DNA of 64,000 nucleotides from Octopus bimaculoides (lineage: Eukaryota). The stretch spans positions 34,162,306 through 34,226,305 of the forward strand of contig NC_068983.1 in the NCBI RefSeq assembly GCF_001194135.2. Reading direction: 5' to 3'. Below, piece by piece: positions 11,861 through 24,144 of this stretch. Within the stretch, counting starts at the first letter, position 1. Every line of letters begins with the position of its first letter. Made by a program: the position numbers and the translations under genes. The notes beneath the pieces were generated by a model. The model was not told the DNA's origin. It did no database searches and was given only the letters and a program-made list of their open reading frames with translations.

Positions 11861-12633
11861 AAGTGAGAGAAAGTGTGTGTATGCATGTGTNNNNNNNNNN
11901 NNNNNNNNNNNNNNNNNNNNNNNNNNNNNNNNNNNNNNNNNNNNNNNNNNNNNNNNNNNNNNNNNNNNNNNNNNNNNNNNNNNNNNNNNNNNNNNNNNNN
12001 NNNNNNNNNNNNNNNNNNNNNNNNNNNNNNNNNNNNNNNNNNNNNNNNNNNNNNNNNNNNNNNNNNNNNNNNNNNNNNNNNNNNNNNNNNNNNNNNNNNN
12101 NNNNNNNNNNNNNNNNNNNNNNNNNNNNNNNNNNNNNNNNNNNNNNNNNNNNNNNNNNNNNNNNNNNNNNNNNNNNNNNNNNNNNNNNNNNNNNNNNNNN
12201 NNNNNNNNNNNNNNNNNNNNNNNNNNNNNNNNNNNNNNNNNNNNNNNNNNNNNNNNNNNNNNNNNNNNNNNNNNNNNNNNNNNNNNNNNNNNNNNNNNNN
12301 NNNNNNNNNNNNNNNNNNNNNNNNNNNNNNNNNNNNNNNNNNNNNNNNNNNNNNNNNNNNNNNNNNNNNNNNNNNNNNNNNNNNNNNNNNNNNNNNNNNN
12401 NNNNNNNNNNNNNNNNNNNNNNNNNNNNNNNNNNNNNNNNNNNNNNNNNNNNNNNNNNNNNNNNNNNNNNNNNNNNNNNNNNNNNNNNNNNNNNNNNNNN
12501 NNNNNNNNNNNNNNNNNNNNNNNNNNNNNNNNNNNNNNNNNNNNNNNNNNNNNNNNNNNNNNNNNNNNNNNNNNNNNNNNNNNNNNNNNNNNNNNNNNNN
12601 NNNNNNNNTCTTATATATATATATATATATATT

Positions 12634-12667
<34 letters not shown>

Positions 12668-13217
12668 TGTATGATATGTGTAAGTGTATAATTGTGAGTG
12701 TGTGGTAGTATAGTTTTTAATTTAAAAGAAATTTGTTTCTCGGAGTATATGTGCATCTGCGTCAGCGCGTGCATTCGCGTTCCTGTGCCCGCTCCTATAT
12801 GTACATACGAGTGCGAGTATTTGCAAGTGTTTGTGTATATCTGCATGTGTCTGTGTGAATGTGTGAATGTGTGTGTGTGTATGCGCGCGCATGCGCGTAT
12901 GTTTGTGCGTTCCAGCACTTCCACTATGTGAGTGGTTTTAAAACTCTATTTTCAATAGAGATCATCAGAGCACACGACATTCATTGTGTGTGTGTGTGTT
13001 TTTTTCTTCTATTAACAATGAAGCTTTCTTGTTTCCTTCATTTAATCACTGGTTGTTGTAGTTTCCATATTGAGGTTCGTAAATGGATTTCGGTAGAACG
13101 ATGTGGATGTCAGAAACGTCTTAACTTTCAACTATTTCCATGTAAAGAAAACAGCATCTTTAGTTATATTTACAAAGAGATCTGTCATATTTAGACATGC
13201 ACATACACAACTTCATA

Positions 13218-13274
<57 letters not shown>

Positions 13275-13408
13275 TCTCACACACACATACCCCTATGTTT
13301 GTATGTTTTTATAGATGCATGTGTGTAGAAAATTACAAGCGTATATATGTATGCTTTTATATATGCACCTATGTAGAAAAATTATACTTGTTTGTATCTC
13401 TCTCTGTC

Positions 13409-13469
<61 letters not shown>

Positions 13470-13493
13470 GCATCTGTTAAAGTCTGTCATACC

Positions 13494-13533
13494 GGCCATG
13501 ACGAAGGGAAATAGCCCTGAAACTCGAGTCGCC
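13494..13533 (+). ncRNA. Variant hammerhead-like motif
   Basis: GGC CAUGACGA AGGG-aaatag-CCCU GAAA CUCGAG UC GCC. Stem II is 4 bp, stem III is the palindrome ACUCGAGU, the triplet is GUC and stem I is GGC/GCC. The core has an extra A (or C3A). Confidence 0.4.
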
Positions 13534-13777
13534 TTTATATATATATATTTAGATTTATATATTTATATATTTAATCCTTTATATTGAACACTCAATATTT
13601 CATCTACATTCAATACTTTCTTTCAGGGTGCCATCCATTTTTATGTTATTTTATTTTATATTGTATATTGTATATCATATTATATATTGTATATTCCATA
13701 TTCTATACCCCACATTAGTTCTGCAGGAATATAAATAAAACATAAAAAACAGACAGTGTTGGAACTCTTTTAAGCAA

Positions 13778-13846
<69 letters not shown>

Positions 13847-14060
13847 AGGGAGTTATAAGTAATAGTACACCCTTCCATGGGACGAATGGAATAACCTAGT
13901 CACTATGAGTAAAGAGAAGTACGTGAAATACCGGAGTATGTAGTAGGAGGTCAGAGATAGCCGTGTTTTTACTGGTTTTACTAAGTAAACTGTACACTGA
14001 AGTGGGCGTTAGAAAAATCCAATATTTTACGTATCATAACAATATATATATATATATATA

Positions 14061-15199
14061 CGAGGGGAAGTCAAAATTATATGTACCTTCGCCATAACAT
14101 ATCTTTATTATTGTCACACTGCCTTCTGCGTATGCATGCTTATAATTGGTACTATTGTAGTCACGTGATCGAAGTTAGAGCTTAATCACGCCTTTTTCTT
14201 TCTGCATGGCCGTTCCACTAGAAATGTGCACCAAAGGAGAACAAAGAGCAGTGATCCGATTTTTCTGGTTGGAAGATGTATCAAGCGCTGAAATTCATCG
14301 GAGGCTTATAGCACAATACGGGGACGTCCATCATCGTTCACCACTGACGAGAAGATTCAGTGGTAATGATGAACCGGCGAATTATCAATGATGAGGTAGC
14401 TCCTTCTCTGTAGATTAGTCATGGTTCTGCCTTGCCTATCAAATCATCCATGATAAGTTAGGCTTCCATAAAGTCTGTGCAAGATAGGTGACAAGAGAGC
14501 TTACTGCAAAACCCAAGCGCAATCATCTTCAGGTCTATCCATGTTAACTCGATCGCTACAGCAGTGAGGGCGAAGAAATTTGGAGCATAATAGTCACAGG
14601 AAATGAAACGTCGGTCCATCATTATGAGGCAGAATCTAAAAGACAGAGCATGGAGTAGAAATATCCTGGCTCGTCAGCGACAAAGAAATTAAAGACTCAG
14701 TCTTCTGCGAGAAAAGTGAAGCTAAAGCTTTTTGGGGGCCATAAAAGGTCCTATACTGGAAGACTACCCGGAAAAGGGATGTACGATCAACAGTGCAAGA
14801 TATAGTATTTTGTTGGCCAACAAACCGAAACCAACAATTCGTACTAAACACCGAAGCCTATTGCGGAAAGGAGTTTTGCTGTTGCATGGCAATGGACGCC
14901 TAACACACGGCTGACCAGACCATTGAACCTATTAACCAATTGGCTTTTGAGGTGTTGGAACACCCTGCTTACAGCGTCTTCCGACAATCCTATCTTTGGA
15001 CCACTCGAAGATGGTTTACGAGGTCGTCGATTTCCTGCGAATGAAGATGCGAAGAAAGCGGCAGAATACGCAAGTTTGTGGACTACGTGCATTGGAAAGG
15101 AAGGATACTAAATAGAAAAATGACGTACTTGTTCATCCTTTGATTCTGTGTAAATACATTGAAAAGACAAGAGTGCGTATTATTTTTGACTCTCGCCCA
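14061..15199 (+). mobile_element. Mariner (DD34D-type) transposon, decayed, near full length
   Basis: TA|CGAGGGGAAGTCAAAATTAT... and ...TATTTTTGACTCTCGCCCA|TA. Remnants EQRAVIRFFWLEDVSSAEIHRRL, LGFHKVCAR*VTRELT, IVTGNETSVHHYEAESKRQS, GVLLLHGNGR, EVLEHPAYS and FGPLEDGLRGRRF. Confidence 0.93.
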
Positions 15200-15384
15200 T
15201 ATATATGAGTGTGTGTGTATGTGCGTGTGTGTGCGTGTGTGTGTGTGCGTGGTTGTGTATGTGCGTGTGTGTGCGCGTGTGTGCGTGCGTGTGTGCGGTG
15301 TGTTTCTATTATATTAAGAGAGAGAGAGAGATAGATAGATCGAAATAATATAATATAATATATATCTATATATCTATATCTATA

Positions 15385-15700
15385 TCTGATGGCCGTCCAC
15401 TCGTGACCAAGGAAGGCCATTGTCGATCTTCAGGAACATTGTGCGCTCTAGCACTAACTTATATTTTGCATTTCCGGCTCCGTTGGTGGCTAATGAGCCC
15501 TGCTCTTGACAAGCATACACGACTGCAAACATTGCAGACCAAGTTTTCCCCATTCACTATATGAGCCGTGCCCCTTCGCGCAGCTCGCTCAAGTTCTTCG
15601 TGCTAGATACGTGCTCTCTCAAAAGTATCGATCCCCTTCTTAACCTGCTTTCTCCATCTGTGGCGATGACAGGCATTGTTCTCCCAGTCAGTGTCCTGCA
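15385..15700 (-). mobile_element. RTE-clade LINE 3' end with C-terminal C2H2-like zinc finger
   Basis: Minus translation DWENNACHRHRWRKQVKKGIDTFERARI*HEELERAARRG...LVCNVCSRVCLSRAGLISHQRS matches the RTE/BovB-like ORF C-terminus; the 3' UTR ends next to an (ATAG)n tail. Confidence 0.8.
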
Positions 15701-15724
15701 TATCACTTAGCATATCTATATCTA

Positions 15725-15781
<57 letters not shown>

Positions 15782-16635
15782 NNNNNNNNNNNNNNNNNNN
15801 NNNNNNNNNNNNNNNNNNNNNNNNNNNNNNNNNNNNNNNNNNNNNNNNNNNNNNNNNNNNNNNNNNNNNNNNNNNNNNNNNNNNNNNNNNNNNNNNNNNN
15901 NNNNNNNNNNNNNNNNNNNNNNNNNNNNNNNNNNNNNNNNNNNNNNNNNNNNNNNNNNNNNNNNNNNNNNNNNNNNNNNNNNNNNNNNNNNNNNNNNNNN
16001 NNNNNNNNNNNNNNNNNNNNNNNNNNNNNNNNNNNNNNNNNNNNNNNNNNNNNNNNNNNNNNNNNNNNNNNNNNNNNNNNNNCTAGCATTGTTTCTGATG
16101 TTGTGGTTGCTGTTATTCTTGTTTGCCGCTACAGCAGTTGGGCTTTGAACTGTGAAGAAAGAGGTAAGTTCTATCCTCCAATTCCGCGAGCAGAATGATT
16201 TGTTCATTGGCATTACTGCTACATATGTTGCTTTTGTGAATATTGTTGTTATAATTCTGATACTGCTGTTCTCTAGCCGCTGACCTTTCTCCTAGCGAAT
16301 ATGGTGCCATGCTGCTACCACACTACTGAAGCATTTTGTTGGTGTCAACTAAGCCATATTTTAAATTTGGAGACGACAAAGAATTACGAGTCCCTCATGT
16401 AGAATTAACAGAAACGTGAAAAGTGAATAAAAGACACACTTCCAATCACGAAAAGAAGGATAAGAAATGTAAAATATAATGCCGGACGTGCTGAAAAATT
16501 TAAAACTACACACCAACACATTCGCACAAACATATACATGTGTGTACACCCATGTATATACGTATATGTATGTACATACATATACATATAGTTCACATTA
16601 TTTGGAACTCGCAAAATTCTCCGAATGGCACTCAC

Positions 16636-16667
16636 TATCTCAGATCACATGAGTCAAGGGATTGTAA
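16636..16667 (-). CDS. Putative 32-nt coding exon (phase 0 to 2)
   Basis: Acceptor ACATTTCAG|, donor ATA|GTGAGT. Only frame 0 is open: LQSLDSCDLR(Y). Phase-compatible with 22877-22926. Confidence 0.4.
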
Positions 16668-18428
16668 CTGAAATGTACCCGGTTAAGACATACTAATAGG
16701 AGATCATTTCTTTTATTCGTTACAAACACAAATCAAATGTAATACGCTCAAATTCATAGATCAACACAAAATCTACTTCATGTTCAAAATATAAAATTTG
16801 CGTTTCCCACTTTACACTTATGCATGTAATCACATGTTCTCGTGCATCTGCGCACATGCACACACTCTTCCATAATCAAATCTATTTTACACAAACTAGC
16901 TATCTATTCACACACGCGCACACAAACGCATATTTTCATGATCAAGTTTCCTTGGATTCCAAATGTCGTCTCGTCATTATTTCAACTAGTCACAAAAAAG
17001 CCAGGTGGAATCTCAGTGTGGAATCATGCCACTACTAAATGCTACATCGTTATTTCTAACTTTGAGTTTAAAATACTATTTTAATATACACACAAACATG
17101 AAAATATGTATGCTAGTATATACATATATAGTTTTGTATGAGCGTTAGTGTGTGCGAGTGTGTGTATGCCTGTGTAACAGTAGACAAAGATAGATTGATA
17201 GTTAGATAAATAAACAGTTAATTAGATACATCGATAGATGTATAGATAGCACGAGACTGCATCAATTTTATCGTTTTAATATGTTGGACGATTTTTTTCT
17301 AGATATTTGTATTCGAATTCCCAAATTCAACTACAATATTTGTAGGCTTTCAAAGTCACAGCTTCGGGATAAACTTAATGCTATCTTGTGTTACCGAATT
17401 TTTATAGAACGCGAAGTCAATATGGTTATAAATGTCGTTATCATTAAATAGTAAAACGAAATTGAAATATTTTTGAAAACCGAGATTTTGGATGATCTAA
17501 TCGCAGTCAGGGGTCGAAATTCCGCAGTGTTGATAACGACAACTGTGTGAAATAAAATCCCAAAGGGAATTTATTCTCCTTCAGTTAAAAATATTAGATA
17601 TGGAGAAAAACTGCAGCAGAATATGAGCACGTTTGCCAAAAAATCAACAACCATAAAATAACAATAATAATAATAATGATGCTGCTGTTGCTGATGATGA
17701 TGTTATTGATAATAGTCATCATAATAATAAGAATGATTATCATCATCATACACACACCTATTAATTTCATATTGTATTGAAACATTTTTATCTGGTCTGC
17801 CACTACAGTGATACATTTAGTGCAGTTTTACAGCTTATTAAACACAGCAATTTATGAAGTATAGAAGTATTATGTCCTGATTTTCTTTAATTCATGCATT
17901 ATTTATAGACATTTTATATGACCATATGCCATTTAGTGTAATTTTTTTAAATACTTTTTAACATTTAATATTGTTCTTATGCAAAAATTTTCAAATTTAC
18001 TCGAGGAAAAAATCTCTGAGAAATGTGATTCATTATAGAAAATGCATAAATATATACATACACGTAAACCCGATAATGTAGCGACACACCAGCACAAAGC
18101 CACACACCAGCACAAACATGCATACGCACACACGAATTGATAATAAGAGAGACATATATCTAGTTTTATTCTGCTGTCAATCACGTCTTTTCTTTCTGCA
18201 CTTACAAATGTTTCTGCTGCAATTTTGCGCATACTGCAAAATTTTGCATCTCAGTGAGCATTATGATGCTAACTGCCGCTATTTCAGGGTGCTACTAACA
18301 GCATTTCAGATCCCATCTGAAGTAAATACAAGTCCAAGAAAAATATTTTTGTTGAACATGTATTTAGTTTAGATGAATACGGTACCTGCTAGAGTTGTAT
18401 ATCCCTATCAACCTAATTTGGAAATTTA

Positions 18429-19015
18429 CCTCGGGTGTCCCCGAAAAATGTATACACACTTTAGCAGCTGATAACTCATTTGATGTTTTTTTTTTTTCCA
18501 GATTAAACTCATTGGAATTAATGATGTCAGTCAGACTAAGGTTTGAACAAAAATTCCTTCTAAAATGCTAATGGAAGTGTGAAAATGCACCCCACACTAT
18601 CATCACTATGTTAGATACTTCCTTGAAGAGATCCTGCGAAACAGGTGGATTGGACGAAGGGGTTTCGTTGAATACCCTCCGCGTTCACCGGACCTTACAT
18701 CACTTGACTGTTTTATGGGGATAGCTAAAAGTCAAAGCCTACGATATGAAACCTGCAATAGTTGCTGATTTGAGAGCGACCATCGAACGAGAATGCACAC
18801 AAATACCAAACAAATTGTTTCGTGATATTTGCGATTCCATTGATTTGCGTGGTCAGCAGTGCCTGGACCAGAACGGACGTTAGTTTGAAAACAGGCATTG
18901 ACAAAACAATGGAATAATGGCTGTAGATTCTATTAAATTTTGAAAATGGAATGTATTTTAATAGACACCTACTTTACAATTATTTAAAGTGTGTATACAT
19001 TTTGGGGGTACCCTG
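18429..19015 (+). mobile_element. Internally deleted Tc1/mariner-superfamily element (catalytic C-terminus only)
   Basis: TIRs CCTCGGGTGTCCCCGAAAAATGTATACACACTTTA and (reverse complement) CAGGGTACCCCCAAAATGTATACACACTTTA, with TA flanks. Remnant RNRWIGRRGFVEYPPRSPDLTSLDC...DQNGR*FEN. Confidence 0.88.
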
Positions 19016-19026
19016 TATATGTAAGC

Positions 19027-19143
<117 letters not shown>

Positions 19144-19869
19144 AATATATATATAATAAAGTTTCTTTGTTTGTAAAGAATAAAAAGTTTGTGTTGAGCT
19201 ATGCGGATAATACCGGACCGACTTGCTGCCTCAACTGAAGTACCTAATTCAACTGAATCTTAATTATTTCTTGTGCATGTGTGTGTGTGTGTGTGTAGGT
19301 GTGTGTTTGTGTGTGTGTCTGTGTGTGAAAACATTAGGGAATGGAGTAGATAAACCTTTTGGGAATTCGATCTAAATGCAGGTCGAAGGAATCCACATCG
19401 GGGATTTCCTGACGACAATTTAAACTTCATATATCATTTTCTGACGACAATGTAAACTTCATTATATAATTTTCTTCAAGAGTAGCTTGAGGGCAAACCC
19501 TTCATTGGGATAACGTACTACTTTTGACGGTTTGCTCGCTATGAAATATATATAGCCTGGATTTTATCCATTCCATCCCCTATTTTTTTAAATGTTTATT
19601 AGCATATACAACAAAACCTATTGCTAACCGTGAACTGTAAACTAAACTTCAGCTTCGATACGGAAAAAATCACAACATTCTGCGCCAATAAGTCACTATT
19701 GTTCCGGAAATTTTTATTAATATCTTCTACGGGTTGTTTGAAGCCACTAACGTCTTGCATCTTCATCACTAGATCTTACCTTTACGCACACGCACACACA
19801 CACACACACGCGCACGCATTTCACCTGAAGGTCGTAGTGTCGTGAAATTCGAACCACATGCGAAACTCT

Positions 19870-20095
19870 GGTCGTGGGGTAAGTAGCTTGCTTACCAACC
19901 ACATGGTTCAGGGTTCAGTGCCACTGGGTAGCACCTTGAGTGTCTGCTACTGTAGTCTCGGGCCGACCAAAGCCGAGTGAGTGGGTTTGGAAACTGAGAG
20001 AAGCCCGTCGTATATATGTATGTGTGTGTGTGTGTGCGTGCGTGTATCTGTGTTTGTCCCCGTAACTTAGCGATTCGGCAAAAGGGACCAATCTT
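19870..20095 (+). mobile_element. SINE type B
   Basis: GGTAAGTAGCTTGCTTACCAACCACATGGTTCAGGGTTCAGTGCCACTG...GGGCCGACCAAAGCC...GAAGCCCGTCG, then a (TG)n spacer and the tail ACTTAGCGATTCGGCAAAAG. Confidence 0.85.
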
Positions 20096-20449
20096 ATGTT
20101 TTTTAAACATTCTCTAGAACAATACTATGCGCAAAACCAAATATATGACGCACTAGGCATAACACCAGCTCTTATGCTCTTTTTTCGTTAAAATGTAGGA
20201 ATGTACATGGTTAAAATAATAGTGTAGAGAATATGAGAGATAGAAGACGAGTTTGTTACGGCTGGATATGTGAAGCACAGTGAAATAGTTCAAGACGCAA
20301 AGACAAACACTACAAAAATGAGAATGTTATAAAACATAATCTTGAATAAGCAGCTTTTAAAATATTTTCAGTCGAAGCAAATTATCACATATAATAAATT
20401 CAGAGGAAGTCATACTTGTACCATAAATCATATGCTAGAGAAGGAACAA

Positions 20450-22385
20450 CAGCAAATATGACAATAACCCTGATGCAACCCTTTTGACCTACACAGAATC
20501 ATTCATCGAAACGCGGATATCAAAAGAGTGATACAAAACATTATAGGCATTCAAGAAAATGCAACCGGAGAAAACATTAACAAAATAGACACATATACAA
20601 GATATACAACCTATCCAAAAATATTCTAATACCCATAAATTTCGGAAGACGTAAATGAACACAGTGCATCCTGTTTGCAAACCATGAAGAAAATACAAAT
20701 GTTCTCAAGGATTAAAGTCATTGTTTTAGTATGTAAATACTAAAAAAATCTCATCAGATATCACAACCACAAACTTTGCCAAGCTAGCGGCATGCCTCTT
20801 TTTTAAGCATCACCTGCTCAGCAAAGATAGCTTTTATAGTTACATAGCATACACTTCTCAAATGTTGGTGATCATCAACCTATCAGCATTACAATATATG
20901 CACATGAATGAAGAAAGGAAAAAAAAACAATAGTGGAAACATTCAACAGTGCCTAGACAAACCACTTCTAGCACGAAGCAGAATGGAAGTTTGTAGAATT
21001 CTATAAGACTGCATACAATCACCTACATAGACGTTGGAGTTCAGGCATGCAACAAAATAGATGTTGACACACAGAAAAATATTCTATAAATCAATATCAA
21101 AATACAACCCGATTTACACAACAGAAATAGCGAACTTGATAAAAAACAAAACAGTACTAAGGAAAATTTTCAAACAATAGAACACCACACACGTAATAAA
21201 AACAAAACTGAGCTCGAAAAAACTAAACAAAGAACAACAAAGAACAACAAAAAGCTGTTTAGAAATTGTGTCCAACATGAATCACAAATCAAGCAGCAAA
21301 ACGTTATCGAAAGTAATTAGCATACCATGTAACGTGAACATCTGATACAAGTTTCATAAGGATTCACTATCAAAAGATTTCTGAACTTCACAAATGAAGT
21401 CATATTGAAAGAAACATTGTAGTTCTGGGGTGTGTTGCATTGTTGCGTAGCCACCAGCTGTGGATATTCCCACAATGCAGCATCTTCGGCAGAATGAATT
21501 GAAGGAAAGAAAATTGAATTATAGTATTCTTCTCGATAAACATTTCGTGCTAATTAGTGATTTGAAACAGGTATTATTTTAGAAAATTTTTAACAATGGT
21601 CACAAGACGCCTCGTATCAAAACAGAGCAAATAAATTCCTTTATCGAATATTCAAATATCCTTCTAAATTAAACCAACAAAACCTGCGAAACCTGCAGAA
21701 GAAATAAAAGAAATATTAAAACCATTTCTAGTATAGATAAATTTTTTATCTCTCCATTATGTCCTCTACGGTTGACAAGGGACGCGAAATAAAATACCCA
21801 AAATTGAATCACCTCCGAACTTAACAAAATACTATAAATTCATTGAAAAAGTACAGATCCATTAAACTTCAACATCTGAGAATTTGTGGGAAAAGTCACA
21901 ACTGAAAACGATCCCATACAAACAACTGAGATAGCATTAAGCAACACAATGCCATGTGCATTAGAAAAAATATTCCGAAATACTCATCCCATATATTTCC
22001 AACCAAGAAATTTCTCTACGAACTCACAAAACATAAATGTAACACATAACCTCTACCCCAGTCGCAACAATTACACAGAAATATAAGGTAAACTTTAACA
22101 GAAAAGGTACATCGTATGGACCATCACAACGATAATGATCACCTGCAAATAGCTCAGTTCTATTAGCACCTAACCGTTCATATATAAAATACTCAAGACT
22201 CCTTAAGGAAACGCTCGCGGGCGTACACGCACGCTCACAAACATACACACACACACGCACAAACACTCACGCACGCACCAACACATACTTGGACGAAGTT
22301 TTATAACCTGACTATTCCTGAACAGGCTACAGACTTGTGTAACAGGTCTGACTGATGACACGTGACGTGCGCTTACAAAACAAAC
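20450..22385 (+). mobile_element. Highly decayed, A-rich retroelement remnant, probably Penelope-like
   Basis: Faint remnants EQINSFIEYSN (cf. E.I..FI..LN) and KLQHLRICG (cf. LRLRRICS). The 3' end carries CTGATGA-CACG-TGA-CGTG, a degenerate hammerhead-like motif. No intact ORF. Confidence 0.35.
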
Positions 22386-22876
22386 AACAATAATGAGTGC
22401 TGCAATAAGCACAAGCTCTATGGGCATTTGAATGGTAAATTTTCGATGGAAGGAAAATATGTTTTATCTATCGAACATGTGGGAAAGATGCCTGACAATG
22501 TCTCAACACTTGCATGTATACCTAAACTATTTAAGTTGTATAAGAAATGACATTGTACGCTCAATTCTTCAGAAGTTACTGAGAAAAGGAGAATGAGGAA
22601 ATGATGTAATTTTATGTGCTAAATATTAGGCAACCGATGCGAGTTACAGATTATATAAAACTTTATGTATCTGACAAATTAGTTCATTTAAACACGTCTA
22701 CGTTGTTTACAGTGTCTCTCAATTGAATAGCCGTTAATTTCTGATTAAGAGCAGATATATGCAAATATAGTTCATCTACATTAATGATTTCCACTCTTTC
22801 AAGTTGTTGCTCATAATAAAATTTTATGAATATATTACAATCGAAATGATTAAATCTTAAGATATTGGTTACATAC

Positions 22877-22926
22877 CTCACGAATTTCAGGTCTACACGA
22901 TTTCAGGAGATTGATGATTAAATCAT
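22877..22926 (-). CDS. Putative 50-nt coding exon (phase 1 to 0)
   Basis: Acceptor TTGATAATTAG|, strong donor GAG|GTATGT. Frame (D)DLIINLLKSCRPEIRE. Confidence 0.4.
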
Positions 22927-24000
22927 CTAATTATCAATCATTGAAATTGGATTTCACTTTCTTAGTTATTGATGGATTACTCCTACGTAAGTTAACTTGG
23001 CTCATCACTCACACTATTATTTAACAGAAGAATATACATCACATTCAGAAAACAAGCAATCAGGTAAATAACTCGTAGATGACTTTTATGAACGGTTTGA
23101 AAGAAATACTAAGCGTGGTATAACGGATGAATCCTCGTGTTGATTGGTTAAATGTCCTGTGTCATTTGTGATTATAATAGACTTTGTCTATAGTTCTTTA
23201 ATAGGATGCGAACAGATTTAAATACACGTAGAATATATTCCTGATATCTCACTAGAATACGCAAAAATTTCTGCCAATAAAAGAATATGGTGTATGTATG
23301 ACTACTTCAGTGATTTTACGCATTTCAAAACTAAGTTTTGAGTAGTTTTTGGCAATAAAGTATGCCATCTCACTTTATTGACTCATGAATTCGCTCGAAA
23401 AGGTTTCAGTTCATAATGTTGCGTTGCATACAATAACTGCTGTAATTGTGTTGCTTTCATGCGCCGTCTCTTTTGAAATCCTGTAACTTGAAATCCGAAA
23501 CCAAAAGGCTGAAGAAAATTTATGGCAAGGCTAGCATTTACAAGGAAGAAATCTAGTGAATTAATTCTACGCAAATACTTTGCTATTCATTAATTTGTTC
23601 ATACCACAAAATGCTTTAAAATATTTAAATTTTAAGGGATTTTTTATCTCATCCGTCATACTGTTTGGAAGTCCTTGTGAGATAGCGCACAAAAGTGCAT
23701 CTTATTGTGATTTTCTTTTATACATTATTGTTAAGAATCTCGTGGGCTCCAAATAGTTTTCTTAATCGAGTTTCACTGACAGAGCGGTGTCGGCCATTTC
23801 CTAAAATATTCATCGTTCTCCCTTTGCGCAAGAAAACCATGGTTATACCTTATATTTACAGCTTTCACATGATCTCCGTGATAAATATTGTTTACTAATA
23901 ACTCTATTTACACTCTGTTCAAGAGTACTAAACTTTGTTTTTTTTTTAGTTTAAACGCTATTGATATCTACTTTATAAACTGTTCTATTTTAATGCTCTT

Positions 24001-24050
<50 letters not shown>

Positions 24051-24099
24051 TCTCTCTCTCTCTCTACCTACCTACTTATTCACCTACCTACCTACTTAA

Positions 24100-24144
<45 letters not shown>

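Noticed and set aside
16088-16163. Plus-strand exon-like IVSDVVVAVILVCRYSSWALNCEER with GAG|GTAAGT donor
   Set aside because: It lies in a decayed (GTT/GCT)n tract next to a gap, so the hydrophobic run is explained by the repeat.
19405-19480. Short direct repeat CTGACGACAAT(T/G)TAAACTTCAT twice; similar two-copy duplications at 6490-6550 and 7715-7750
   Set aside because: Only two units with no unique-spacer architecture; ordinary local tandem duplications, not CRISPR-like arrays.
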